64,000 bases of DNA, from assembly GCF_009914755.1 (NCBI RefSeq), contig NC_060932.1, one strand, 5' to 3'. Of this stretch, positions 1 through 13,849 are shown one piece after another. The notes beneath the pieces were generated by a model that worked only from the letters and a program-made list of their open reading frames with translations, did no database searches and had not been told where the DNA came from. Positions within the stretch are counted from its first letter, which is position 1. Every line of letters starts with the position of its first letter. A program made the translations under genes and the position numbers. Origin of the DNA: the human T2T-CHM13v2.0 reference genome, Homo sapiens.

Positions 1-519
1 TGGCTCCAACAACAGATATTGTTGTGCAGCAATGAGTGCAGAGCTGGAGGGAGCAACTTCATTAGCTTAAGACCCCAGTGCAGCCAATGGAGTCTTGCTG
101 AGCCGGGATGCAGCTGGCTTCAGCTCACTTCACTCAGCAGATATTGCAGAGTATCCCCAAGTGGCTGAAGAAAAGGCACCCTCTGGGGATACAACAATAC
201 CAACACAGAGACAATCTCTTCTCAAAGAGGATGTGAAGCTAGTGTGACACATGGGATCTAAATTTTTTTAATGTTAGGAATAATTAATAAATAATTAATA
301 ACAAATTCATCCAACTCTGGCAAATGTTATGTGGAAAGGTGTTTAATAAACAGTGATAGCCAGTGCAGCAAATTTGCATGAAATTTAAAAATAGCATCCC
401 TTTCATAAGGCACTTTACTTAGATCTGTCAGCAAGTTGTTATAATAAATACCCAAATCAGTCTTGTCTTCGGTGTGAAGCATACTGTGAGATACTGCACA
501 CTTAGGTGCAGTGTAGTCT

Positions 520-950
520 ACACAAGTGTGCAGATCCCCTGAAGAAGACCTGGTGTCTGGGAACCCTGCTCAGTCAGAGAACATCAGGGAAGCCCTTCTT
601 GAAATGGCATTGAAGCTGATATTTAAGGATTGCAGTTATGGCAGTTATCCAGGAGAGGGGGAAGAAAGAGCATTCCACAGCATATGTGAAGAATGTAGAT
701 GGTCAAGAGTGGGGCATTTCTGTGGCACCCTGACGAGGCTGAGGTGCTTGAGCCTGGTGATCAAGAGCAGTTAAGGTGCAGACCATGCTGAGCCTTGTCA
801 AGAATGTCAAAGATTTTGGATTTCAGCCTAAGAGTAATAAAGAGCCAGTGAAGGCTCTCAGGCAGGAGAGTGGCATGCCCAGATTGGGGTCTTTGAAGTA
901 TCACTTGTCTTTAGTTTGGTGAACATACTGGAGGGAATGAGGAGGTGTGA
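520..950 (-). mobile_element. Degraded L2 LINE fragment
   Basis: Purine-rich diverged sequence with L2-like motifs (GAAGAAAGAGCATTCCACAG; AGCCAGTGAAGGCTCTCAGGCAGGAGAGTGGCATG). Boundaries approximate. Confidence 0.6.
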
Positions 951-1559
951 GGAGCTCCAAATTCAATTGGAATCATGTGCTGTTCCAGCTAAAGGTGCCG
1001 CGCATCTGCATGTGACATAGACAACATGCAACCAGGACTTTTTCACGGCCATAGACTTAAACTTGGAACTGCTTATACTGAAATTCTTGACTGCATTAAA
1101 TCCACAGGTTTGAAAAGTCAATGCCAGTCACATGTCAGACTCTAAGTTGGGGAGTGAGAGAAATTTTGGCAACACAAAGCAATGAATGGCACATCAGACG
1201 TATGGGCAGAATTATTTCAAAAGAAGTTGAGATTATCTCTGGTAGTAGAAGAAAGATGACACTAAGGTAGGGATCGGAATTTAAGCAAGAATTTTATCAA
1301 GAAGGAAAGGCAGGGAGGCACATGTGCAAAGGTGTGAGAGCCTGACACGTGGTGGTGTGGGGCTTGCAGTGTTACAGAAGGTGTGGGGGGAGGAAAGTGG
1401 TGCATCAGGACAGCCAGGGTGCAGACTCAGGGAAGAGCAGGTCGGCCCGGCTGTGCTGGGATCGTGAGCTGACCGTGTGGTGGAAGTGGCCCTGACTGAC
1501 ACAAGGAGGACACCTTTGGACAGAGAACAGTAGTAAAGCTCTCCTAACCATCTAGGTTA

Positions 1560-2160
1560 GAGATGAATCAACCCTAAAACAACACAATTGCTAAGCAGAT
1601 TGGGGAGGATAGGATAGTTTTGAGAACTGTGTAGGAAATTAAATTGACAAGAAATGGTCTGGATGAATATGGAAGTTAGGGAGGAGAAAGAGTTTAGAAT
1701 TACTTTAGGATTATGCTTGGGTGACCAAGTGAATGACGGTGCCATTAACTGAAATAAGAAATACAGGAGGAATCACAGCAAGCTGTAGAAAGAACATAAT
1801 GAGCTTGGGTTTGGAAGGCTGTGTTTGAGGCATCAGTGAGGCATTCATTTGTGTGCGTGGTCCAGGGCTGTCTAATGCTGGGCAGATTGTGTTGGAGAGA
1901 CACAGGCCGAGCCATGCAGGTGAATAAGGGCATGGAAAGTGAACATCGCAAGAAAATCAAGCTGATGAGAAAATGCTGGAGAAAGCATGCGCTTTAATAG
2001 GGATCTATCAAAGAACACTGATGAAGAACAGGCATCAATGAAAAAGGAGGAACATAAGCAGAGAAACCAAGAGAAGAAAGAATTTCAGGATGGAGAGGTG
2101 ATCAACAGTGTCCACATGTCCAAGAACTTAAATAAGTTATTTGGCAAAGAGAATGTCACT
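1560..2160 (-). mobile_element. Degraded L2 LINE fragment
   Basis: L2-like motifs GGTGCCATTAACTGAAATAAGAAATACAGGAGG and GTGTTTGAGGCATCAGTGAGGCATTC. Confidence 0.6.
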
Positions 2161-2920
2161 GGAGACACCAGTAATATCTATAATTAAAATTATGTTTTAT
2201 ATTTGTGCAATAGAACAGAAATGAACAGACAATAAAACAGTGAAAGGGCAAAGACCCACTGGGCCTTAGAGTCTCTGCTGAAGGTACTCCTAACCTGGGG
2301 CAGAGGGTAGGGGTATGCCACATGGCTAGTGCGAAACATACCTGCCTCTCTTTCACTGCCCAGGGCCACTCCCCACTTTATATCACAACTGTGGGAACAC
2401 AAAAAGCACCCCTTGCCGCTGGCCATGGGAGAATTTTGCTCTCTGTAATGGAGGTGCCCTCCCTCTGGTAGACAAGGTCTCAGGCTCTTGGCTTGTGTGA
2501 TGTTACTCTCCCCTTTACTCATTGAAATTCAGTATGTTTCCACTGAGGTTAAAACACAGCCAACTCCACACACTATAGGTCATCACTAGCCTGGATTTTG
2601 ACCAAAGGTCATCCTTATTGGTGACTGTAGGGAGAGAAGGCTCCTGCTGCAGTGGACAGCTGCTCCAGTGCTGCCAGGCCATGGGTCACACATGGCAAAG
2701 CCACTTTGTGTCTCAGCTGATCAGCCTCTATCTGCCCAGTTTGTAGGAAGTTGAGTTTTTCATAAGGTTCTCTGTAAAAGAATTTCCGAAATCACTTTTT
2801 CTAAATCCTTTTGCAGACAAATTAAATTAAGGCAATTTTTTAAAGGAAAATTCACTCTTTATTCTCTGTAATGCCTGTATTATTTGAAGTTTTACAAAAT
2901 GATATATTACTTTTCTAAAA

Positions 2921-3417
2921 TTTTATTATTATTATACTTTAAGTTTTAGGGTACATGTGCACAACGTGCAGGTTAGTTACATATGTATATCTGTGCCATG
3001 TCGGTGTGCTGCACCCATTAACTCATCATTTAGCATTAGGTATATCTCCTAATGCTATCCCTCCCCCATCCCCCCACCCCACAACAGGCCCCGGAGTGTG
3101 ATGTTCCCCTTCCTGTGTCCATGTGTTCTCATTGTTCAATTCCCACCTATGAGTGAGAACATGCAGTGTTTGGTTTTTTGTCCTTGCGATAGTTTGCTGA
3201 GAATGATGGTTTCCAGCTTCATCCATGTCCCACAAAGGACATGAACTCATCATTTTTTATGGCTGCATAGTATTCCATGGTGTATATGTGCCACATTTTC
3301 TTAATCCAGTCTATCATTGTTGGACATTTGGGTTGGTTCCAAGTCTTTGCTATTGTGAATAGTGCCACAATAAACATACGTGTGCATGTGTCTTTATAGC
3401 AGCATGATTTATAATCC
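2921..3417 (-). mobile_element. 5'-truncated young L1PA (L1PA2-4-like) 3' end
   Basis: Near-consensus L1 3'UTR (TTATTATACTTTAAGTTTTAGGGTACATGTGCACAACG) plus ORF2 C-terminus (ORF 3219..3524: YKSCCYKDTCTRMFIVALFTIAKTWNQPKCP). Direct repeat TTAAGGCAATTTTT at 2827-2840 and 3418-3431. Confidence 0.95.
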
Positions 3418-4573
3418 TTAAGGCAATTTTTAAAAAAATAAATAAATAATCCTTTTGCAAAGACATATTCAAGTTCCAAGGGATCTTTTCTTTTTCTCTC
3501 TCTGTTTGGTTTGTTTTCTGTCAAGTCCAGGAGGATCCTCTACCCCTACCCAAGCCCCTATCATTACCTCACATTAGTGTTTACTAAGACTGTTTCTGGG
3601 AATTATATTCTCTTCCCCAGTGTGGGGATGCTCCTCATCTACCTTAGAAGAAGCATGGTGGGAAGATCAGACCCCTCCAAGGATTATTTTCACAAACATT
3701 GGCTGAACTGACTCTCCCGCTCCGATATGATCCCCCTCAAGTGGGTCTGGAGGACAAGTGGATGCCTCTCTACTTCCATCATTCCCGCCTTCACTGTACT
3801 TGAAAATTCTGGTTTGGACTGTAGCTGTAGGCACTTTCCATTCTTCAACTTCTGAGAACTGAATCAAAAAACCATTTTAAAGGGCTTGAACACACTCTTT
3901 ACATGAAAGTGTTGCTCATAGTTCAGATGACTGTCTTACAGTTTCAGGTTATGGATAAAGACATGAGTCTGCAGGGAGAGCAAGATGGCCAGGAGCTTTT
4001 CATCTTCAGGAATTACTATAATTACTGATGCACAATCCAGCAAGCAAGGACATTTAGGGCAGATGCACAAAAGCACTTACCAGAGAGGGACTGGTTGACT
4101 GCTAGTTTGGAGAATAACTGGCTTCCCTGGGAGTGAGGGACTCCTCAGTCCCTGAATGGCTGGATTTTGCCTTGCTCTTGAATGGGCCGGGAGAGGCTGT
4201 GCAGAATCTCCAGAGTGTAGCCTGAGCAACCAGCAGACTTTAAACTCTTCCTCCCCACTCACCTGGCTCCTTGGCATGAAAGCGCTCTGACAAGGCAGCC
4301 ATGCTGTCAGCTTCTGCAGAGGGAAGACAAACTTCACCCTGGGATGGTGGGTCTTTATTACCAAACCTACAGTGCTCAGTCCCCCAAAATTTGGTCTGGT
4401 CATGCAAGTAGTCTGATCACCCTCAACCTTACCAAACCCACTGTCCTGTATGCAAAGAGAGAAAAGCATTTTTAGTTAATAAATATTCATACTGATACTT
4501 TTACTCATATCTCCAATACAATTTCTGGCATCTACAAAGCATAAATTAATTGGATGAATTAAAAATGATGGCA

Positions 4574-4820
4574 GGCTGGGCGCAGTGGCTCTTGCCATGA
4601 TCCCAGTGCTTTGAGAGACCAACGAGGGAGGATCTTTTGAGGCCAGCCCTGTACAACAAAAATATTTTTTAAAAAATCAAAAATTATTAAATAAAAATAA
4701 AAATTAGCCAGGAATGGTGCCCACCTGTAGTTCCAGCTTGAGCCCAGGAGTTCCAGGTTACAGTGTCACTACTCTCCAGACTTGGGGACATAGTGAGACC
4801 CAGTCTCAAAAAAAAAAAAA
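4574..4820 (+). mobile_element. Old Alu (AluJ-like) with several internal deletions
   Basis: GGCTGGGCGCAGTGGCTC start, A-rich linker, TTGAGCCCAGGAGTTCCAGG (J-type) and poly(A) tail. Confidence 0.85.
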
Positions 4821-6528
4821 GGACAAATTATATGTTACATTTCACATTAAAGAAGCAAAGGAGAATGGATGGGCTCGGGACCAGTAAAAGTGCTGATAGA
4901 ATATAAGCATGTGTTGGAAAGCTAGCATTACCTTGAGACAGTGGTTATATTTAATTTACCAACTTCGACAGCATTTTTTTTTCTTTTTTCTTACATACAT
5001 CTTGAAGTATAATTATGGCCAAAATGGTAGAACCCAAGTCTAGAGAAAACTGGTTGGTGGATTTCTTTGGATCCCACATAGCATTGTGCACATTTATTAA
5101 GATCAATAAATTCACTGAGTTTAACAAAACTTAGGAGTTCATGACTCCAAAGGCAATTATACTTGGAACAAGCTTTGTATCTGAAGGCAGTGATTGCTCA
5201 AAATTTTACTTATTTTGCAATAAAGTTAACAATTATTCAGTTAGCACTCAGAGTCTAGAAACAAAAATCCTCTCAGTGGAGAAGGCTCAGTAGCTCATGA
5301 CATCTAATAATATCATCTCTACTGACTCCTTTGTCTTATAAGAAAAAGATCTTCAGTTTCTAGCATTTCACAGCATGTGCCATTCAAATTAAAAGCTTTA
5401 GACTGCACTCAAAAAATCATATTTAGAAAGAAGATCAAAGCATGGTTCTACAAACTACAAGAAAAGAAAAACAGAATAGAGAATGTTTGAATAATCTACC
5501 CTAAGAAAGAACGAGATAATTGCAAGCATGTTTCAGGTGATACAGAGGTGAATTCTATGTGATTTATTCCTGCCCCCCACTCACAGTTTAACACAATGTG
5601 AAAACAAGGACGTTCAAACAGCAGAGGGAGTAGGTGCTATAAAATATTACTCTTGGTAAAGAGATTAAAAATAAACAGAGATAGAACTGGCATAAATACT
5701 TTCAATGACACAGCAAAATTTGAATCCAGCTTTATTTAGAAGATATAGAAATTTTTTATATTTCAAAATCTAGGCAGCATATTAAGCCACCTCTGTGGTC
5801 ATGGTAATAATAATATCATAAATTTGTTTGAGTCTTTGCTTTCATCAAGGTACTTCATATAAAAAATGCCTTATATTTGGTCATATCTTCCTTGTACTTT
5901 ACTCAGAAAAAAACTGACTATCCCTATTTTATAATTAAGAAAACATGTTCCAAGAGGTTAAGCCCTATAACCATGATCACTTAATAAATGGAGGACTAGG
6001 AATAGAATCTTCCTCTTGAATTTCAACCCAGTGATTTTTTTCACCTTCCCAGGTTGCACAAAAATTTTAGTTTGAATGAAAGCAGAGATGAGTCATAACA
6101 GTAAAATTAAAATGTGAGAAGACTGTCAAGTGTTCTCTTTAACACTGAAGCATGAACTGTGGCTTCATTGTCTTCATTGTGCAAGAGCTACCTAATGTAA
6201 TTTTAAACCAGAAACAAATGGTCACAACGGAAACAATTTTGAAAAATTGCATCAATACTAGTATGTTGAACTTCTCCATAAAAAGACTGTATTTGGACAA
6301 CTAAAGCAAGTAGAAAAAAAGACTCATCAATTCCACAGTCAATGAAAAGAAAAATATCGAATAAGTGAATACCGAAAATATGTTTATTTGGGGAAAAATA
6401 ATTGATATGAACAGGATTACATGAAACGTGAAAGTAACATTTTGTTATATAGGATAATTTATCAAGCTTAGATGGTGAACAATAAAAAACATTATGTATA
6501 GGTCAAAACAAGCAAGATTTCCTTATTA

Positions 6529-7350
<822 letters not shown>

Positions 7351-7369
7351 AGCATAGTTAAAGTAAGTA

Positions 7370-7779
7370 GTGTGCTTTAGCATTTGGGAATCTTTTGTTC
7401 TGGTCGTTAAAAACAGACTCTACTAAAAATTAAATTATACAAATGTTAATTATATATCATATTATAAAATTATACTATAAAATCATATTATTATGTTGTC
7501 TTAATAAATTACGTTATAAATAAAGGTATTAAACAAATAAATGAATCACTTCCTCACTATTTTACTGTGCTTTAGTCTGTGCTCTGGAGATGTCTATTAT
7601 ATGGACGTGGCGGGTACTGTATAATGGTGTGCTGCGTTCGGTAACATCACATCGGTTGCTGACTCAGCCATGATAGGCAAGTATTGAAACCACAGAAGTT
7701 AGCATATGCTATCAGTCAGGGTCTTGTTTTCTTTTTTTCTAAAGAGCCAGTGGTTAAACATTTAGCTGCATACCACCCA
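7370..7779 (+). mobile_element. MER63B-like hAT DNA transposon remnant
   Basis: Resembles MER63 internal motif (ATAATGGTGTGCTGCGTTCGGTAACATCAC...) and terminus GAGCCAGTGGTTAAACATTTAGCTGCATACCACC. Confidence 0.7.
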
Positions 7780-7899
7780 TTAGATATCTTTGAGCTATTC
7801 TTAACCTGTAGCAATTTAGTAGACTCCAACTTTATACAAGGAAATTAAACATTTTTAATTGACATCTGATTCTCATTCTCCACACCATTCACTTCTCTT

Positions 7900-9920
7900 A
7901 TTGAATCTCTCTACTTTTTAATGACCATATAGATTTTTGCATAGGTTCAGTAAGAATCTGCTCTTCTTTTTACCAGAATGCAATTGGAAAAAAAAATCAG
8001 AAAAAAAAATTGGAAAATCTTTTCTGGTGTTAATTTTGGCAAATTATATCATCCTATAGTTTCTTCCTTCCTTATGATTACTTAATTTTTATATTTGAAA
8101 TTTTTCCCCTTTTCAAACACAGTGTTTTATCTATTCTATCATTTCTCATTATTTTTTTAGAACCAGATTTGAATTTAGTCTATTGTATTTCTTTTTAAAA
8201 GCTTCATAATTTCTGCTTTTACCTTTACTAATTCCTTTCTTCTGTTTTTGTTCAGCTTAATCTATTCCTGTTCTTCCATCTTTTCCATTTGGAGGATAAT
8301 TTATTTCTTCCTTTTCCCAATAGTTAAAAGTATGTAAGGCTTGAATTTTCCTCTGAATTCTCACTTTATTTTATTTCAAAGGTCTTTAAACACAATGTTT
8401 TCATTATCTCGCTTTGAGGAAATTCTCTAATTTTGGTTTCTATTTCCTCTTTGATCCAAGAGTTGTTTAAGAGTTTTGTAAATGTAAATGTTCAAAAGGA
8501 GAAACTTTTCTGTTTTCTAATTGTTAAAATTTATTTCTATTCTTATGTGACTATGATCAAATTGTCTGAGTTTTTTTCTTTTCTCCTGTTTTGGAGTATA
8601 TTGAAATTTACTTACGTGGTTCAATAGATGGGAAATGTGAATGTTCCATGAGCTTTTGAAAAAGAAGATATTTTTTCCAATTTAAGGATACAGAGTTTAG
8701 TAAATGTCAATTACATGTACTTATTAACCATGGTATTTTAGTCTTTTATATCCTTATTTATTTACTGTCAACTTGATGTATCATATAAGAAAGAGGTGAT
8801 CTAAATTCCCTTACCACACTTGTGTTTCTTGTGTCTTCTGTAATTTCTGTTTTATGAATGTTATTGCCATACTTTTTGATGCATTGCTATTTACAATTGT
8901 TATGCTTTCACTGCACATTTCACTTATTAATGCTAATTTAGTTCATTCTGTCCCACATCTCATCTTGTCTGGTATTAACATCTGGGAAGGATGGAGTTAA
9001 GCAACTATCCTGCAATCCATTTCTCTTCAGTTATAGGATTTGGGAGAAACTCCTTGGAAATAAAGGAGGCAGTTAGCTCAGTCTAATCACCTTGTAAACA
9101 TACCTTAAAAGATGCTCTAGAAAATACGTTGAATAATTGAAATAGATAAGAAAAGAGTCCTTATCTATTGAATGCTTTTAGCAGGATGTTCCTGTTCTAG
9201 GATTGTTTGCGGTAAATAACTTGAGAATCTTTGGACATACAAGCCATGTCTCCTGGAAAATATCACATAAGTTATGTAAATTATATAAATCTGAGATAAA
9301 ATAAAGGCATTTCATAACCTAAATGCTCTCTGCCATGCATGAGCAAGGTAACCACAGACTCATTTAGAAATATCATCTTATGAGTTGGCCAGAGAGTATG
9401 TCCAGTGCAAGCAAAAGGGACCTGGTGAACATGTGAATGTCCTGGACACCTGGCTGCTATAGCTGTGTCACTTGGAAATTACTAATAAGGTTTGATATAT
9501 AGTAGATTGTCTGGTTCGTGGAACTCTGATTTAACAACTCAATCCTCAATCCTTTGTGTTAGGACAACATCACTACCTCTGCTTTCTTTTTCTTTGCCTT
9601 TTTCTAGTGTAATGTTTTATCATTTTTATCTGCAACTTTTCTGAATCTCTTTATTTAGGGAGTGTTCCTTATATATAGCACGGAGTTGAGATTTGCTTTT
9701 TAATTCAATTTGAAAATATTTTTGTATTTGTAGGTAAATTAAGCCCATTTGTATTCATTAATTTCACAGACATATTTTGACTTAATTCTCTCCTATTATT
9801 TTGCATTAAGTTTTCTGGGTTTTGCAAAGTTTTGGTTTTGTTTTGCAGCTTCTAATAATATAGGGTACTATTTTTTCTTGTTTTTGTATTTAGTTCCTCT
9901 GATATTTAGAATGGGTTCTG
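7900..9920 (-). mobile_element. Old L1M ORF2-region remnant, interrupted by an LTR at 8983-9566
   Basis: T-rich antisense L1 motifs (ATTTCCTCTTTGATCCAAGAGTTGTTTAAGAG; GAATGTTCCATGAGCTTTTGAAAAAGAA). The L1 sequence continues on both sides of the LTR. Confidence 0.7.
8983..9566. mobile_element. Solo LTR, 584 bp, probably ERVL class; family not identified
   Basis: TG...CA termini and perfect 5-bp TSD ACATC (8978-8982, 9567-9571). Splits an L1M sequence. Confidence 0.75.
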
Positions 9921-9921
9921 T

Positions 9922-10298
9922 TTATATTGGTCTGCTAGGATTGGCATAACAAAGTACCACAGACTGGGCGGCTTCACCAGCAAAAATTTATTTTCTCACA
10001 GTTCTGGAGGCTGGAAGTCCAAGATCAAAGTGCCAGCATAGGAGGGTTCTGGTGAGGCCTCTCTCCTTTGTTCTTTGATGGCCACCTTCACGATGTGTCC
10101 TCACATGGCCTTATCTCCATGGATGTAAAAAAAGAGACAGAGGGCTCTGGTGGTTCTTCTTCTTCTTGTAAAAACACCAGTAAAAACACCAGTCCTATAA
10201 AATTAAAGCCCCATCCTTATGACTTCATTTAATTCAGTCACATTGAGGGTTAGGGATTCAACACATAGATTTGTGGAGACACATTTTAGTCCATAACA
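9922..10298 (-). mobile_element. MLT1A/B-type MaLR LTR
   Basis: ATAACAAAGTACCACAGACTGGGCGGCTT...TTCTCACAGTTCTGGAGGCTGGAAGTCCAAGATCAA...TCCATAACA. Confidence 0.85.
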
Positions 10299-10390
10299 AT
10301 GCTTATAAAGGTGAAGTGGTTATCCTCATAATCACGATTACATAAAATCACCTTAATCGTCTGCTTCTGAAGAAAATACACATTAATTTC

Positions 10391-11285
10391 TCTGGTAAAC
10401 TGAATAAGTGCCCCCCAAATATGTGCATGTCCTAACATCCAGAACCTGTGAATGTTACTGTATATGGAAAAGGGGACTTTGTAGCTATCAGTAATGTAAG
10501 GATCATGAGATGGTGAGATTAACCTGGGTTACCCAGGGGACCCAATGTAATCTCACAGGCCCTTGTAAAAGGCAGGCAAGAGTCAGATTCGAGTAGAAGG
10601 TGATCTGATGACACAGCAGAGATTGGAGTGATACACTCTGGAGATGGAGGAAGGGTCCATCTTGCCTTTTTCAGTTTCTAGTGACCACTTGTATTCCACC
10701 AGCCAAGGAACTCAAGTGGCTACTAGAAACTAAAAAAGGCAAGGAAATGAATTCTTCCCTCAGAATCCCCAGAAGGAAGCAGCCCAGCCAACATCTTGAC
10801 CTTAGCCTTGTGAAATTGATTTTGGACATCTGACCTGCAGAACTATAAGATAATAAATTTGTATAGTTTCTATTTCTTTTCTTTTCTTTTCTTTTCTTTT
10901 TCTTTTTCTTTCTTTTTTTTTTTTTTTGACAGAGTCTCACTCTGTCACTCATGCTGGAGTGCAATGGCGTGATCTCAGCTCACTGCAACCTCCGCCTCTT
11001 GGATTCAAGTGATTTTTCTGCCTCAGCCTCCTGAGTAGCTGGGATTACAGGCACATGCCACCATGCCCAGCTAACTTTTGTATTTTTTAGTAAAGATGTG
11101 GTTTCACCATGTTGGTCAGGCTGGTCTTGAACTCCCGACCTCGTGATCTGCCTGCCTTGGCCTCCCAAGGGGCTGGGATTACAGTCATGAGCCACCGCGC
11201 CTGGCCTAATTTATGTGGTTTTAAGTCGCTAAGTTTGTGGTAGTTGGAGGTAGTTTGTTAGAGCAACCATAGTAAGTTAATACAA
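10391..11285 (+). mobile_element. MLT1D-like MaLR LTR split by an Alu
   Basis: CCAGAACCTGTGAATGTTAC...GGAAAAGGGGACTTTG; TCTGACCTGCAGAACTATAAGATAATAAATTTG; resumes after the Alu with TTTAAGTCGCTAAGTTTGTGG...TAATACA. Confidence 0.85.
10874..11206 (-). mobile_element. AluS (Sg-like) element
   Basis: Antisense full dimer with (TTTTC)n tail. Confidence 0.95.
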
Positions 11286-11289
11286 TTCT

Positions 11290-12035
11290 CTCTATAAGTA
11301 AGATAAAAATTAGCATATTTCTTTTCTCCTTCCACTGCCAAGTTTTAGTCAATATATTTCTTAGTGTTCACCTTTGAACTGTGAAACATGTTTATGATTT
11401 AAATACTTGATTTTGCAACTTCATGTGATACTTTTGATTCCCAGACATTACAAATTAGGCAATTAGCAAAACTATGCCACTTCACACTTTTTTTGCTACC
11501 TTCTCTTTCATATACATATACTAGTATACGTATCATTTCCACATTTTCAAGGCATATACATTTCCATTATATTCTGTCACATTAATTTTCCATATTTCTT
11601 TAATCTTAGTTTTACAGATAAATATTATCAATGTTCACTGCTATTACCTTTGCTCTGGCTTCCTTAGCCAATTTATGTTTTATTGAAGTTTTTCCTGTGT
11701 TATTTTTTTAAATGGCTCAGGAAACAGTATTTTCTGAGCTTTTATGTATTAAAACCTATTTTAAAACCTATCTAATTTGGCTAGATAAAAAATTATTTGC
11801 TCACACTTTCTTTCCTTAAAGATCTTGTAGGCATTGCCTCACTGTCATCTGGCTTTATATGTTGCCATGGAGAAGTGAATTCAGCTTAACTGCATTTCCT
11901 CTTATAAAACTTGATCATTTTCTCAACTTTTCATAGATTTTAAAATTATCTTTTAAAGTCCAGTAAGTATACCTGAATATTTCTCAATATCGATCATGTT
12001 AGACCAATTTTTGTCATTTCAAATTGTAAAATTCT
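11290..12035 (-). mobile_element. Old L1M remnant
   Basis: GGCATTGCCTCACTGTCATCTGGCTTTATATGTTGCCATGGAGAAGT resembles antisense L1M ORF1 region. Confidence 0.55.
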
Positions 12036-12049
12036 GCCTGTGTGGCAGA

Positions 12050-13267
12050 GACTCTCAGAGCTTTGAAGCATGAAATATGATCCTGATGTCACCCTACACC
12101 ATGAGAACTTCCTGCAAGTAGGTACTACAGGAAAGTAAAAGTCACTGATGAATAATCAAAAAGAAAAACTAAAAGAAAATGTATACAAAACAAAAATTAG
12201 AGAAAAAGAATAGATATAAAAGAAAAACAAAATTGTATCTCACAAACACACACACACACACACGACACAGCTCCACCTTGTACAAGAGCTCTTCCAGCAG
12301 GCTCAGCAGCTGAGTGGCATCTCCTGTCTCCCCCAGCTCCCTGGATAGAAGACCTAGTCCTACTGATTCAGCAGCCAGGAAACATCAACAGATTCTATTT
12401 TGTACAACTTCATCTTGTGGAAATCCTGTACCAGGAGGATGGGAGAAGCTGAGCAAGGCTCCTATTCCCCCACTGTCAACTCCCACTCCATAGGGAATAC
12501 CTGAGCAGAGAAGATAAGGAAGAATGAAATTTGCTTTTCCTGCACAGCTCTATGTTGCTGAGAGCTGCTCTGGTTTTCTCAGCAACCAAGTGGTAGTCCC
12601 TTCCCCAGCTTTCTGGGGTGGAAGAACTATTTGGGGTAGCTTCAGCAGCCTGTGAACATTGGCAGATCCCAAGTTCCTCAAAGGTTGCCTGCAGGAAATT
12701 CTTACTGGGCAATGGCAGCACCAGTGGCAGCACTAACTCCTAACCTTTCCCCTTCCCCACTCCCCACACCCATGCAGCTCTAGCCCATAAGGAGGATCTA
12801 GATGGATTAGCTGGTGAAGAGTGAATCCTCATCCCCACTGCAGCCTACCTTCTGCTCCACAGTACAGAAATTCTTCCTCGAGGAGGGTCAGACCAAGCCC
12901 CAAAGGTGAGCAATACCCTACCCTGCCATGGGGCCTGGCTGTATTTGGATCAGACAACAGAACAATTTATGTCCCAGGACAATGTAAAAATTAATAAAGC
13001 AATCAGTAGCAATTAGTGGAGGCTGCCAGTTGGGGGTGATACCACAGAGAAGAACAAAAGGTAAATGGGGAAATTAGTGGAAAAAAAAACAAAGAGAGCC
13101 CAACCAAAGCTACAGTCATGTCTGACAGTCAGGAAGATTATGTGCCTGCCCAACACTAACCTCTGAGAATGATCAGAGAGGGAATCTCTGAGCTCGAAGT
13201 CCTGAGTTAAACATAGGGCAAAAGTAGTATCCAAGCCACATATGGCTCCAACCATACTTGACTAATA
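12050..13267 (+). mobile_element. Probable old L1M 5' region hosting the provirus
   Basis: GC-richer, L1M 5'UTR-like sequence. L1 sequence resumes after 19808. Family uncertain. Confidence 0.4.
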
Positions 13268-13269
13268 CA

Positions 13270-13812
13270 TTGGAAATAAGAGCTCAGAGTTGCCAAGAGA
13301 ACAAGCACTCAAACAGAGAATTTCTCAGCAAGGCAAAGCTTACTTCTGCAGAAGGGTGCTGCCTGCATCAGTCATGATCACAAGAGCACCCCAAACAAAC
13401 AAAGAAGGATTTTTATTGCTAACACAGCTTCTGTTTCTGTGTCCTTTCTCCATTGGCTGGAGTCGGACCACACAATCTAAACTATCCTGATTGGCTAATA
13501 CCTGAACCTTTCCAAATGGGGTAAATGCACAGTTTGTGAAAAGAGGAGGAGAGGGAGAGACTGTTTGTTACTAAGGTGGGAAGGGTTGTCTACAGAACAA
13601 GTACAAAGTATGTCTGAGCATGTCAGGGCACGGCTAGTTACAAATTAATCTGAGAAACAAGAAAAAATGGAGAATGTGGGTTACAGGTCAGGACTAGTGG
13701 GAATAGTGGTTTACAGAGCAGTAACTGGGGGTGAGAACATACAAGGAAGTTGATACCGAAAACAAAGAACAAGGAGGTTTCACCTTTGAAGAGGAACTCA
13801 CCGTACCTGACA
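13270..13812 (-). mobile_element. 3' LTR of provirus
   Basis: Roughly 88-90% identical by eye to 19261-19807. Minus-strand polypurine tract AAAGGGAGGAAAT abuts it at 13813-13825. Confidence 0.93.
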
Positions 13813-13849
13813 ATTTCCTCCCTTTGATTTTTATAATTCTTCTTCTTCA

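Noticed and set aside
4077-4469. 130-aa ORF in apparently unique DNA (likewise 26472-26945 and 63514-63891)
   Set aside because: No recognisable domain or exon structure. The length is compatible with chance, and the latter two overlap LTR remnants.
13261-13275. Missing proviral TSD as a sign of recombination between two proviruses
   Set aside because: The right flank reads ATTT. The left junction ACAT-TGGAAAT is explained by a 5-nt slip deletion from AC-ATTT-TGTTGGAAAT, so a single insertion suffices.
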